A stretch of 24,214 nucleotides of DNA from Eledone cirrhosa (lineage: Eukaryota): the NCBI GenBank assembly GCA_964016885.1, contig CAXHJY010001030.1:1-24214 (forward strand). Direction: 5' to 3'. This document shows, piece after piece, positions 1 through 16,095 of this stretch. How positions within the stretch are numbered: the stretch's first letter is position 1; each line of letters begins with the position of its first letter. Under the pieces are notes generated by a model that searched no databases, was not told where the DNA came from, and saw only the letters and a program-made list of their open reading frames with translations. The position numbers and the translations under genes are program-made.

Positions 1-3474
<3,474 letters not shown>

Positions 3475-3652
3475 ATATTTGGGGAGGGTCATATTTGCGT
3501 AATATTGCCAGAATTAATAACAGAACACACTCACTGTTTGGTTGGTTTTCGCTTCTCGCTGTCTTTTATATATATATATCTGCGATCTAACTTACTCGGT
3601 CCTCAATGTTGCCATTGACTGACCGGCGGTCAAAAATAATACAGATACAATA

Positions 3653-3757
3653 TAGACAAACACATATATATATAGTTTACATAAATCTTTCGTTGCACAT
3701 CTGCAACATCGTCAGTGGTGTTATATTCATTGTTCCTCCTGTTGTGTTGTATGTCTA
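3653..3757 (-). ncRNA. Candidate hammerhead ribozyme, PLE-1 left-arm copy
   Basis: Mirror image of 8882-8986; core at 3682-3715. Confidence 0.5.
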
Positions 3758-4001
3758 CGCCATTTTTTTTTTTTTTTTTGTTCAGTCTGTCTATATATTT
3801 ATTTATTTATTTGCTTGTTTGTTTATCTTATTTTATTTTGTCTTCTTTGCGCATGCGTTTGCGTGTGTGTATAGTGTTATGTGTGATGTGTGATGTGTGA
3901 CTAGTGTGTATAGTGTTGTCTGCTGGGTGACTAGTGTGTGTTTATGTGCTTGTGTATGTATTTATTTATCTTATTTTATTTAATTTAATTTACTTATTTA
4001 T

Positions 4002-6323
4002 TTATACTTCTCTTAGGTCAGTGTTGTTTGTTTGGGTGTTGTTGTTGTTCCACTCATTCTTTCTGTTTAGCTTTGGTCTTCTAATTTCTATTTCACTGGC
4101 CTCTCTGATTTGCCTATCTGCTGGGTCATTCCTATGTTTAGATATTATTCTAATTTCTATGTTGTCTATGTTACCGTCATGATGTTGTCTAGCATGTTCG
4201 TATAGTACTGACCCGTTTTTTCGTCCTTTTAGTTCCCCCCAGTGTTGGTCTATCCTTTCACCTATGCTACGAGCTGTCTCACCTATGTATGTTGTTGTCG
4301 TGTTTCTGCAAGTACCCTCTGTACATCTTATGCTATAGACTACGTTTCTAGTTTTACAGTTTATCCGGGGGTTCACCTTACATATGATACATTTCCTATT
4401 GGTACAGTGGGTTTTCTTAAAAGGGTAGGTTTTGCTGATCAGGGATTTTATGGTGGTTCCTGGCTTTTCTACCACCTTTATTTTTAAGTGGGTCTTTCTC
4501 AGGGCCTTTCTACACTGGTTAGCTAATTTCCCTCCAGGGGTGGCGTCCACAAACATGACACTCTGATATCTCTGGTTGTCGTACCATGATGTGGCCTTCC
4601 CTATCTTATGTCTAGCCCTATCTAAGCTATTCCATGATTTGCTCCTGTATAGTGGGCAAATTCCTTTCATGTCCAGTTCTATGAGGGTCTTATACTTTTC
4701 CATGGCTCCTTCGTATACTCTGACTCTGTCTCTTTGGTTGTAGCCAGAGAACTGCATGCGGTTGATGAAGTGTTGGATGTGTCCTTCCATTTCTGTTGGG
4801 TCGCACATGCTGGACACATTCTTCATCACTCGTACCAAATCTGCGATCAGAATATTAAACTTAGCACTACTGGACATTGCTGAGTTTTTGAGTATCAGGT
4901 ATTTGGAGGCCATGGGTTTAGCATAGTGTGAGTGGAGAATTTGGGCTCTCTCGTCTATAGTGTTAATCCAGAGTTCTGTGTCTAATACAGGTAGTCTATT
5001 GTTAGGGTGTTTGGAAGGGAAGTCTATAGTTACAGTTATACTCTGGTGTATGGAATTAGCTATCTGCTGGATGCTTTCCATCGTGCTACGTTCTAAATCA
5101 AACTTGTTAGTGCTCTCTAGTGGGGGTGTTCTTATAACTATATTGATATCGTCTACATAACGAGAGTACATGATGAGGTCTATGGAGCTTTCATTAAGGA
5201 GATCTTTAAGTCTCCTTTCCCACCATACCATGAAAAGGTTGGCAACATCGCCAGCTATGCTGACGCCGATGGCTGCTCCCTCATTTTGGGTGTAGATTTT
5301 CTCATTGAACTTAAATATGTGGCCCTTTAGGGTAGTTTTGATACTAGCCCCTATTGCATGTGCGACCATTTTTCTTACCTGATCAGTGTTTTGGGGGGTC
5401 CGTATAGCTTTGGTCCACCCAATCCACCTTCCTATGGGAGTCTTTTTAGCCATTGAGGTTATGGTGGGGGGTCTACCTCTTATAGGTCTACTAGGGCAGA
5501 AACATCTAAGGTCATGGCTGTCTAGGTAGTCAGTGTCGTAGGTAAGTCTAAGTAGGAGGCCCAGTTCGTCTGTGTCGACGTCGCAGAACTCCACCTCACT
5601 CTCAATGATCATCTCCACACATCTTTTCACAGCAAAATCAATGTTAATGGATGGGTACAGTGACACCACATCCATGCTGCCTATTATGCAGTTGGATAGG
5701 CTCCTGTTTTTGTTGCACTCACTGATTCTGCTGAGGAGGTCCTCTGTACTTTCACATACATCTGGGGACATCTTGATTATGGGGCGTATAACCATTGAGA
5801 GGAAGTAGGAGATCCTGTAGTTGCTAGCTATATTAGCTCCGCATACAGGTCTTGTTGGTGGTCCTATTGTCGGGTCGTCGACTGTCTTGTGGTCTTTGCG
5901 GAGCCCATACAAGGGTGGTATGCCATTGTTAGACGCCTGAAGTTGTTGGCAGTGCGTCTGCTTGGCTTTAGGATGTCAGTCCACATCATCATGTGAGCGT
6001 TGAGGATTTTTTCTCTCCCATCGTGTGTTAGTTGTGCAACTTCGCTCGTGTTGGTGATGTGGGGTTGCATTGCCTCGATGTAGTTCGGCATGCTATCTAT
6101 TGACATCCTACCAGACTTATCTGTGGGTAGACACACTACCTCACCATCCCTTGTGCGCTGCTTGAGGCTAACCAAGCCTTCTACAGGTTTTATCCCAAGT
6201 TGTTGGGCCTCTGGTCTGCTCTGTCTCATAGTGTACCTGTCTACTACTTGTCTAATCTTATTTCTAGCTATGGTGAACTGTGCCTCCGTCTCGTCCGTCT
6301 CGTCATCTATTTGTTGTGGTATG
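4002..6323 (-). pseudogene. Left-arm copy of the PLE-1 RT/GIY-YIG ORF, 5'-truncated and frameshifted
   Basis: Same protein as the + copy but split into ORFs 5864-6358 and 4002-5912 by a missing base (agacgcctgaag here versus agacgcctggaag expected from 6691-6708). Confidence 0.9.
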
Positions 6324-8637
6324 CATACCACAACAAATAGATGACGAGACGGAGGCACAGTTCACCATAGCTAGAAATAAGATTAGACAAGTAGTAGACA
6401 GGTACACTATGAGACAGAGCAGACCAGAGGCCCAACAACTTGGGATAAAACCTGTAGAAGGCTTGGTTAGCCTCAAGCAGCGCACAAGGGATGGTGAGGT
6501 AGTGTGTCTACCCACAGATAAGTCTGGTAGGATGTCAATAGATAGCATGCCGAACTACATCGAGGCAATGCAACCCCACATCACCAACACGAGCGAAGTT
6601 GCACAACTAACACACGATGGGAGAGAAAAAATCCTCAACGCTCACATGATGATGTGGACTGACATCCTAAAGCCAAGCAGACGCACTGCCAACAACTTCC
6701 AGGCGTCTAACAATGGCATACCACCCTTGTATGGGCTCCGCAAAGACCACAAGACAGTCGACGACCCGACAATAGGACCACCAACAAGACCTGTATGCGG
6801 AGCTAATATAGCTAGCAACTACAGGATCTCCTACTTCCTCTCAATGGTTATACGCCCCATAATCAAGATGTCCCCAGATGTATGTGAAAGTACAGAGGAC
6901 CTCCTCAGCAGAATCAGTGAGTGCAACAAAAACAGGAGCCTATCCAACTGCATAATAGGCAGCATGGATGTGGTGTCACTGTACCCATCCATTAACATTG
7001 ATTTTGCTGTGAAAAGATGTGTGGAGATGATCATTGAGAGTGAGGTGGAGTTCTGCGACGTCGACACAGACGAACTGGGCCTCCTACTTAGACTTACCTA
7101 CGACACTGACTACCTAGACAGCCATGACCTTAGATGTTTCTGCCCTAGTAGACCTATAAGAGGTAGACCCCCCACCATAACCTCAATGGCTAAAAAGACT
7201 CCCATAGGAAGGTGGATTGGGTGGACCAAAGCTATACGGACCCCCCAAAACACTGATCAGGTAAGAAAAATGGTCGCACATGCAATAGGGGCTAGTATCA
7301 AAACTACCCTAAAGGGCCACATATTTAAGTTCAATGAGAAAATCTACACCCAAAATGAGGGAGCAGCCATCGGCGTCAGCATAGCTGGCGATGTTGCCAA
7401 CCTTTTCATGGTATGGTGGGAAAGGAGACTTAAAGATCTCCTTAATGAAAGCTCCATAGACCTCATCATGTACTCTCGTTATGTAGACGATATCAATATA
7501 GTTATAAGAACACCCCCACTAGAGAGCACTAACAAGTTTGATTTAGAACGTAGCACGATGGAAAGCATCCAGCAGATAGCTAATTCCATACACCAGAGTA
7601 TAACTGTAACTATAGACTTCCCTTCCAAACACCCTAACAATAGACTACCTGTATTAGACACAGAACTCTGGATTAACACTATAGACGAGAGAGCCCAAAT
7701 TCTCCACTCACACTATGCTAAACCCATGGCCTCCAAATACCTGATACTCAAAAACTCAGCAATGTCCAGTAGTGCTAAGTTTAATATTCTGATCGCAGAT
7801 TTGGTACGAGTGATGAAGAATGTGTCCAGCATGTGCGACCCAACAGAAATGGAAGGACACATCCAACACTTCATCAACCGCATGCAGTTCTCTGGCTACA
7901 ACCAAAGAGACAGAGTCAGAGTATACGAAGGAGCCATGGAAAAGTATAAGACCCTCATAGAACTGGACATGAAAGGAATTTGCCCACTATACAGGAGCAA
8001 ATCATGGAATAGCTTAGATAGGGCTAGACATAAGATAGGGAAGGCCACATCATGGTACGACAACCAGAGATATCAGAGTGTCATGTTTGTGGACGCCACC
8101 CCTGGAGGGAAATTAGCTAACCAGTGTAGAAAGGCCCTGAGAAAGACCCACTTAAAAATAAAGGTGGTAGAAAAGCCAGGAACCACCATAAAATCCCTGA
8201 TCAGCAAAACCTACCCTTTTAAGAAAACCCACTGTACCAATAGGAAATGTATCATATGTAAGGTGAACCCCCGGATAAACTGTAAAACTAGAAACGTAGT
8301 CTATAGCATAAGATGTACAGAGGGTACTTGCAGAAACACGACAACAACATACATAGGTGAGACAGCTCGTAGCATAGGTGAAAGGATAGACCAACACTGG
8401 GGGGAACTAAAAGGACGAAAAAACGGGTCAGTACTATACGAACATGCTAGACAACATCATGACGGTAACATAGACAACATAGAAATTAGAATAATATCTA
8501 AACATAGGAATGACCCAGCAGATAGGCAAATCAGAGAGGCCAGTGAAATAGAAATTAGAAGACCAAAGCTAAACAGAAAGAATGAGTGGAACAACAACAA
8601 CACCCAAACAAACAACACTGACCTAAGAGAAGTATAA
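6322..8637 (+). CDS. PLE-1 polyprotein, N-terminally truncated: Penelope-type reverse transcriptase + Cys-rich linker + GIY-YIG endonuclease
   Basis: RT motifs PTDKSG, LYGLRKDHK, RPVC, SMDVVSLYPSI, QNEGAAIG..AGDVANLFM, SRYVDD, LPVLD. Linker CTNRKCIIC..C. Endonuclease VVYSIRC..C..YIGETAR..RIDQH..H..E..LN. The first ~14 codons of the tracked ORF (from 6280) come from the mirrored arm. Confidence 0.93.
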   Translation, partial: CIPQQIDDETEAQFTIARNKIRQVVDRYTMRQSRPEAQQLGIKPVEGLVSLKQRTRDGEVVCLPTDKSGRMSIDSMPNYIEAMQPHITNTSEVAQLTHDGREKILNAHMMMWTDILKPSRRTANNFQASNNGIPPLYGLRKDHKTVDDPTIGPPTRPVCGANIASNYRISYFLSMVIRPIIKMSPDVCESTEDLLSRISECNKNRSLSNCIIGSMDVVSLYPSINIDFAVKRCVEMIIESEVEFCDVDTDELGLLLRLTYDTDYLDSHDLRCFCPSRPIRGRPPTITSMAKKTPIGRWIGWTKAIRTPQNTDQVRKMVAHAIGASIKTTLKGHIFKFNEKIYTQNEGAAIGVSIAGDVANLFMVWWERRLKDLLNESSIDLIMYSRYVDDINIVIRTPPLESTNKFDLERSTMESIQQIANSIHQSITVTIDFPSKHPNNRLPVLDTELWINTIDERAQILHSHYAKPMASKYLILKNSAMSSSAKFNILIADLVRVMKNVSSMCDPTEMEGHIQHFINRMQFSGYNQRDRVRVYEGAMEKYKTLIELDMKGICPLYRSKSWNSLDRARHKIGKATSWYDNQRYQSVMFVDATPGGKLANQCRKALRKTHLKIKVVEKPGTTIKSLISKTYPFKKTHCTNRKCIICKVNPRINCKTRNVVYSIRCTEGTCRNTTTTYIGETARSIGERIDQHWGELKGRKNGSVLYEHARQHHDGNIDNIEIRIISKHRNDPADRQIREASEIEIRRPKLNRKNEWNNNNTQTNNTDLREV

Positions 8638-8881
8638 ATAAATAAGTAAATTAAATTAAATAAAATAAGATAAATAAATACATACACAAGCACATAAACA
8701 CACACTAGTCACCCAGCAGACAACACTATACACACTAGTCACACATCACACATCACACATAACACTATACACACACGCAAACGCATGCGCAAAGAAGACA
8801 AAATAAAATAAGATAAACAAACAAGCAAATAAATAAATAAATATATAGACAGACTGAACAAAAAAAAAAAAAAAAATGGCG

Positions 8882-8986
8882 TAGACATACAACACAACAG
8901 GAGGAACAATGAATATAACACCACTGACGATGTTGCAGATGTGCAACGAAAGATTTATGTAAACTATATATATATGTGTTTGTCTA
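8882..8986 (+). ncRNA. Candidate minimal type I hammerhead ribozyme in the PLE-1 3'/pLTR region
   Basis: CTGACGA 8924-8930; stem II GTTGCA-GATG-TGCAAC; GAAA 8948-8951; quasi-palindromic AGATTT then A. Proximal stem I is only ~2 bp; distal helix TAGACA..AACACA pairs with TGTGTT-TGTCTA. Confidence 0.5.
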
Positions 8987-9060
8987 TATTGTATCTGTAT
9001 TATTTTTGACCGCCGGTCAGTCAATGGCAACATTGAGGACCGAGTAAGTTAGATCGCAGA

Positions 9061-9149
9061 TATATATATATAAAAGACAGCGAGAAGCGAAAACCAACCA
9101 AACAGTGAGTGTGTTCTGTTATTAATTCTGGCAATATTACGCAAATATG
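9061..9149 (+). promoter_or_regulatory. Possible pLTR core promoter and start of the next ORF unit
   Basis: TATAAAAG 9069-9076, Inr-like ACAGT 9102-9106, ATG 9147. Position after the hammerhead fits PLE pLTR layout, but the motifs are short and AT-rich. Confidence 0.25.
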
Positions 9150-9213
9150 ACCCTCCCCAAATATAACAATATCTGTTTCGACACACGATTTCATATAAAA
9201 AACCTCGCAAAAC

Positions 9214-9660
<447 letters not shown>

Positions 9661-9848
9661 GTAGATAAATCTACCAAGAGTTTACGGTAGTGTCCAATCC
9701 GTATGAAGAACTCAATGTATTCCGGATATCATGGAAAGAAGAGATGTAATGAAAAACCACTTTCGGTGAAAGATAAACGGTATACAGAGTCAAGATAAAA
9801 TATTAAACAAATAATGAATAAACAATTCCTTATATTAAACAAAAAAAG

Positions 9849-10003
9849 TTCATTATTTAACGATCGTTTCTAGGATATATATGTGTTAGAATTGGTATGC
9901 ATATTCAACAGATCTATGTACAAAATTATACAAAATTATACAAATTATCAAGATTAAATATACATACCAAACACATATATACGCCGTCTTCAGAAATAAT
10001 GAA
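9849..10003 (-). ncRNA. Type I hammerhead ribozyme with extended stem II, PLE-2 left-arm copy
   Basis: Reverse complement of 18989-19143. Confidence 0.78.
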
Positions 10004-10574
10004 GTATATTTATTGATAATAACAACAATTCAAAATTTCAGTTCAAAATTGACCAATGAAAACACAAAGGGTTAAATGCAGTTTGGTGTGTGTATATACA
10101 TGTAAAACCCTTACACATATTTTACAAAAATGTATGTATAATTTGTATACGCATACTAAAAGGATGGATGCAAATACAAAATTTCAAGGTTAATGTCTCA
10201 GTAAGCTTACAATGCGCAGATAAGATGCGCATTGATACTTATGGAATCAAGTATATAAATATATTTTTTCATACTCACACATATCAGTACAATCACACAT
10301 ACACGCGCATATATGCATAAATATACACATAACCACGAACATACAAACACACACACACCCCCACTCACATTTATATATGTGGATATAAAATCATAAGCAC
10401 ATGGATATTAATTCACTCACATAAAACACTGGCACACACATTTTTAGATCAAGATACAGAAATTAGGTGGGAGGGGGGGGAGGGGTCAGTATTCAATTGT
10501 CTGAGCAGACTGCCTAATATAAATGTATCTATAAATTAAGAAAAATAAAAAAATAAAACAATAAAATATAATAA

Positions 10575-10823
10575 ATATAATATAATATACATACACATAC
10601 AGATATATATACATACATACATGTACACACACATAGAAATATTTACGCATACACACATACACACATACATATACAGTCATACACACACATATACCTACAC
10701 GAACATACACATACACATATATAAGGATATATATATATACACACACACGCACGCAACACATACACACATACACATATATATAAAAAATAAATAATAAAGA
10801 TATATACCCATATATATATATAT

Positions 10824-10864
<41 letters not shown>

Positions 10865-10953
10865 CATACATACATACACATACACATAAATATACATACA
10901 CATACACACACACATACATGTACATACATGTACATATACGCACATCGATACAC

Positions 10954-10984
<31 letters not shown>

Positions 10985-11283
10985 TAGACATATAGATACA
11001 TACACACACAACTTACATACACACATATATATATACATGTATATTCATATACAGAATTAGATATATAATCATACATACATATGTACTTACTTATACTCAT
11101 ATATACAAATACATACGCAACCATATATGCGTATATACATAAAAAATCACTACAACCTCACCTAAACTCAGACATACAAATAAAAATAATAATAAAAAGG
11201 CATATGTATATACATACACACACGCATTAATAGAGATATATATATACACACATACATACACATACATATATATATATATATAT

Positions 11284-11331
<48 letters not shown>

Positions 11332-11592
11332 GTACACTCATACATATATATAAATATATATATACACATAGATATCCACACACTTATACCACCATAAATA
11401 CACATACAAACACCCACATATACATATATATACACACGTATATATATATATATATATATACACACACATAATAAAAAACAGACATGCACATATATATATA
11501 TATTTTTTTACATTTATATATACACATATTATATACACATACACAACCTCACTTATACACACATACACATAAGTTATATTATAATAATAAAG

Positions 11593-11631
<39 letters not shown>

Positions 11632-11733
11632 TACATATATATACATACATACATAGACATACATACATACATATAAACATATACATACATAAATACACAC
11701 ATACGAATATAGACATATATTCACACATAGACA

Positions 11734-11808
<75 letters not shown>

Positions 11809-12923
11809 ATATACACAGACACATATACAACTCACATATATATATGTGTGTGTGTGCACACACACATATATACACACACACACACAAATACACAAAAACA
11901 CATACATATGCATACATGCACACACACACACATATATCACATAAATACGAAGATAAACATATAAATAGAGAGACATACATATATATACAACAAACATACA
12001 CACACATACATACACACGCATATACATATACATATATATATACATATATATATTCCTATATATACATGCATACACATATATACACATATATACACATACA
12101 TACACATATACGTACACACATTCACATACACATACATATATAATGCATATATACACATATATACATACATATACACACTCATATATACACACGCAATATT
12201 ACATTCATATTTGCATGCGCATATAAGTGTTTTTATATTTAGATATAAATACTCAAACCTATATAGACACCTACCTACATATATATTCATACATAGATGC
12301 TTACAAATACAGATGATAATAGTATGGGGGAAAGGGGGGGTTTGGAGAAGGGGATCAAAGTAAATATATGTTTCAAGAAACATAGAATATTTTCCGTATC
12401 TTTATCCAATGTATGTTCTTACATATTTTCAGTGTTAGGAAATACAACCATCAAGAACTAAGGCAAAGTCTATGCATCTCAAAATAAATAAGTATACCAT
12501 TAATCATATGTTAACAAAACCAAAGATAGTCAACATATTGACTTCTAAGGTGTAAATTAGTTAGGTTTATAATATTTGAAGCAGAATTTTGAAGTTAAAC
12601 AGTAGTAGATTATTAATTACAGTATAACTAAATTAAAGTTAATAACGTTATGGTATCAATATTAGGAAATGAATTTAGTAATAGGGAAAAAAACACAAAT
12701 AAAAATAAAATAAAGTATTACATCGGTAGTAGAGTATAAAATTATATGTTAACTAAATTAAAAATTATATATTTATTTCAATAGTATATGTTAATTAGGT
12801 ATACAATACATAAAGCAGATATTGTATTTCATCAATAGCATAATATAAATTATATGCAAATAGAAATCAAAATTAATACGCATACATATACATATACATA
12901 CACACACACATATACATATATAT

Positions 12924-12968
<45 letters not shown>

Positions 12969-13030
12969 TACATACATACATATATACATACACACACACG
13001 CATACACATACACATATACATATACATATC
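10575..13030. repeat. Degenerate (TA/CA) microsatellite-rich blocks inside the PLE-2 left arm
   Basis: Mixed TACA/CACA/TATA runs with a unique AT-rich stretch at ~12200-12880; mirror of ~15990-18420. Confidence 0.85.
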
Positions 13031-13495
13031 TTTTTCAAGAAATTGCATAGAATATATTAACTAGGTATATATCCAAAACACATCCCATTCTATGATTACA
13101 TGACATTCTGCAATTCGTCTGTATAAGGATACTAATTTTAAGCAAATTAAAATTAAAATTTTTAGGTTGATTAAAACTAAAACCAAATAATAAATAAATA
13201 TATTTCTAAAATGTATATTAATTAGGTCTATAATACTAAAAATTATTTCTCTGTCATTGGATACACGATATTATTTTGTTATATTTTATCTGTAAAAGAA
13301 TTATAATAAAAGGTTTAAATAAGATAGAATTAATCTATAAATTAAATTACTAAGTATATATTAGTAATATTTAAAGGTTTTTCACAATTTATGATTACAT
13401 AATATTTTATATTCTCATCTGTAATAAAATATTAATTAAATTAAATTTATAGGTTAACTAACATTTAAATTAAATTAATTTCTAAAATAATGTTA

Positions 13496-14012
13496 TTAAT
13501 TAGGTTTATAATATTTAAATGTTTTTTTTAGTTTATGATTACACGATATAATTAATTCCTGTCTTTTATTTAATAAGATATCCCTAGACTTCATTATTTC
13601 AAATAGTTCTTGGGAACATAATCTACATTCATTTCTATTATTTTGATAAGGGGTGGCTCTTTTGAGCACACTCCAGGTCAAATCATATTTTATATTCTTA
13701 TTTTTATAACTATTGATTTTTTCTGCTAGAGATGTTGTATTAGCCAGTGCGGCATTTTTAAAACTATGCTTGTGGGTATTAAACCTTGTCTTAAAATTGT
13801 TAGAGGTAGCTCCTATATATGAGCAAATAGAATCTTTAGTTTTAACATTACATTTATAGACTATGTTGTTAACAAGACAATTCCCTTTTAATGGGCAGTT
13901 TGCTTTGTTTCTACAGTTACATCCTTTCGTTAATTCTGTATTTGAGGAGATATTATGGTTAATTTGATGTACTGGTGGTATACTTATGGTTTTCTTACAT
14001 TTATATGCATTG
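13496..14012 (-). pseudogene. Inverted copy of the last ~170 codons of the PLE-2 ORF (linker + GIY-YIG)
   Basis: Reverse complement of 15007-15523. Tracked ORF 13496-13681 gives the same C-terminus (..CNHKLKKTFKYYKPN). Confidence 0.9.
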
Positions 14013-15523
14013 ATATTACTATGGGTTCAAGCGATTCCGCCCAAATTACTGATCTTGTGGGCCTCTTTCTCCTTTTCAACATAAATGCCTCTTTTCCCCA
14101 CCTCAAAGGTGGTTTATATCGTGATGACTGTCTTCTTCTTTCTAACAACCTTAGCCTTTCAGAAATCGAAAAAAACAAAAAACATATTAGAACTTTCCTT
14201 AAAGACTATTATAATCTTAATATTACTTTTGAAAAAACAAGTAAAGTAGTAAATTTCCTAGATATAACTTTAGATTTAGCTACGGGTATCTACCAACCTT
14301 ACCATAAACCTAACCAAAACTTACATTACATACACTCACAATCTAATCACCCTAAATCTATCCTTAAAAACCTTGCATATAATATATCACTTAGAATTTC
14401 TAACCTTTCTTCTAACCAAGATGTATTTGATAAAAATGCGACCTTCTATAACGAAGCTCTAGATAGAAGTGGCCACAAAAATAGATTAGAGTATATACCT
14501 TCTACTAAAAATACTGAAAGCATACAACATAATATTACCAACAAACACCAAATGAAAAGTACACACCTAAATGCCACCCATACTATACCCCAAAATACTA
14601 AATCTTCTAATATAAAGTATAGTAACTCTCAAAAAACTACTCATCATACAACTATAATAAATATTAATAATAAAACTCCTAATAAAAAAGATAAAATACC
14701 TATATCTACAAATATAACTAAAAATAGTTGTGGTGAGATCATTAACATTAATCCTCCTAGTAAAAATCACGATACAACCTATAAAAATAATAAAAATAAT
14801 AAACAACATAGAAACCGTAATAGACGGGTTACTTGGTATAATGCTCCTTTTAATTTACAAGTTAAGGATAATATTGCTAAAAAATTTTTTTATATCCTTG
14901 AGAAAAACTTCCCGCCAAACCACAAATACCATCAAATCTTAAATAGGTCTACAGTTAAATTCTCATACTCTACAACAAATAACATAAAACAAAATATAAG
15001 TGCATACAATGCATATAAATGTAAGAAAACCATAAGTATACCACCAGTACATCAAATTAACCATAATATCTCCTCAAATACAGAATTAACGAAAGGATGT
15101 AACTGTAGAAACAAAGCAAACTGCCCATTAAAAGGGAATTGTCTTGTTAACAACATAGTCTATAAATGTAATGTTAAAACTAAAGATTCTATTTGCTCAT
15201 ATATAGGAGCTACCTCTAACAATTTTAAGACAAGGTTTAATACCCACAAGCATAGTTTTAAAAATGCCGCACTGGCTAATACAACATCTCTAGCAGAAAA
15301 AATCAATAGTTATAAAAATAAGAATATAAAATATGATTTGACCTGGAGTGTGCTCAAAAGAGCCACCCCTTATCAAAATAATAGAAATGAATGTAGATTA
15401 TGTTCCCAAGAACTATTTGAAATAATGAAGTCTAGGGATATCTTATTAAATAAAAGACAGGAATTAATTATATCGTGTAATCATAAACTAAAAAAAACAT
15501 TTAAATATTATAAACCTAATTAA
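14012..15523 (+). CDS. PLE-2 polyprotein fragment: C-terminal part of RT + thumb + CxCx5C linker + GIY-YIG endonuclease
   Basis: DITMGSSDSAQITDLVGLFLL, GLYRDD, VNFLDITLDL, YIHSQSNHP, TWYNAPF, CNCRNKANCPLKGNC, IVYKC..YIGATSNNFKTRFNTH, CRLC..E..LLNKRQE..CNH. The tracked N-terminus 13955-14011 is antisense sequence of the inverted arm. Confidence 0.9.
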   Translation, partial: DITMGSSDSAQITDLVGLFLLFNINASFPHLKGGLYRDDCLLLSNNLSLSEIEKNKKHIRTFLKDYYNLNITFEKTSKVVNFLDITLDLATGIYQPYHKPNQNLHYIHSQSNHPKSILKNLAYNISLRISNLSSNQDVFDKNATFYNEALDRSGHKNRLEYIPSTKNTESIQHNITNKHQMKSTHLNATHTIPQNTKSSNIKYSNSQKTTHHTTIININNKTPNKKDKIPISTNITKNSCGEIININPPSKNHDTTYKNNKNNKQHRNRNRRVTWYNAPFNLQVKDNIAKKFFYILEKNFPPNHKYHQILNRSTVKFSYSTTNNIKQNISAYNAYKCKKTISIPPVHQINHNISSNTELTKGCNCRNKANCPLKGNCLVNNIVYKCNVKTKDSICSYIGATSNNFKTRFNTHKHSFKNAALANTTSLAEKINSYKNKNIKYDLTWSVLKRATPYQNNRNECRLCSQELFEIMKSRDILLNKRQELIISCNHKLKKTFKYYKPN

Positions 15524-15989
15524 TAACATTATTTTAGAAATTAATTTAATTTAAATGTTAGTTAACCTATAAATTTAATTTAATTAATATTTTATTACAG
15601 ATGAGAATATAAAATATTATGTAATCATAAATTGTGAAAAACCTTTAAATATTACTAATATATACTTAGTAATTTAATTTATAGATTAATTCTATCTTAT
15701 TTAAACCTTTTATTATAATTCTTTTACAGATAAAATATAACAAAATAATATCGTGTATCCAATGACAGAGAAATAATTTTTAGTATTATAGACCTAATTA
15801 ATATACATTTTAGAAATATATTTATTTATTATTTGGTTTTAGTTTTAATCAACCTAAAAATTTTAATTTTAATTTGCTTAAAATTAGTATCCTTATACAG
15901 ACGAATTGCAGAATGTCATGTAATCATAGAATGGGATGTGTTTTGGATATATACCTAGTTAATATATTCTATGCAATTTCTTGAAAAAG

Positions 15990-16050
15990 ATATGTATATG
16001 TATATGTGTATGTGTATGCGTGTGTGTGTATGTATATATGTATGTATGTA

Positions 16051-16095
<45 letters not shown>

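Noticed and set aside
3606-9033. Short ORFs antisense to or downstream of the PLE-1 ORF
   Set aside because: Shadow frames with no recognisable motifs.
10466-10486. G-rich tract GGTGGGAGGGGGGGGAGGGG (mirror at ~18507-18526), possible G-quadruplex
   Set aside because: Single short tract with no supporting context.
13955-14011. Apparent N-terminus MVNLMYWWYTYGFL.. of the 522-aa ORF
   Set aside because: It is the antisense of 15008-15064, fused at the inversion junction; not a native start or signal peptide.
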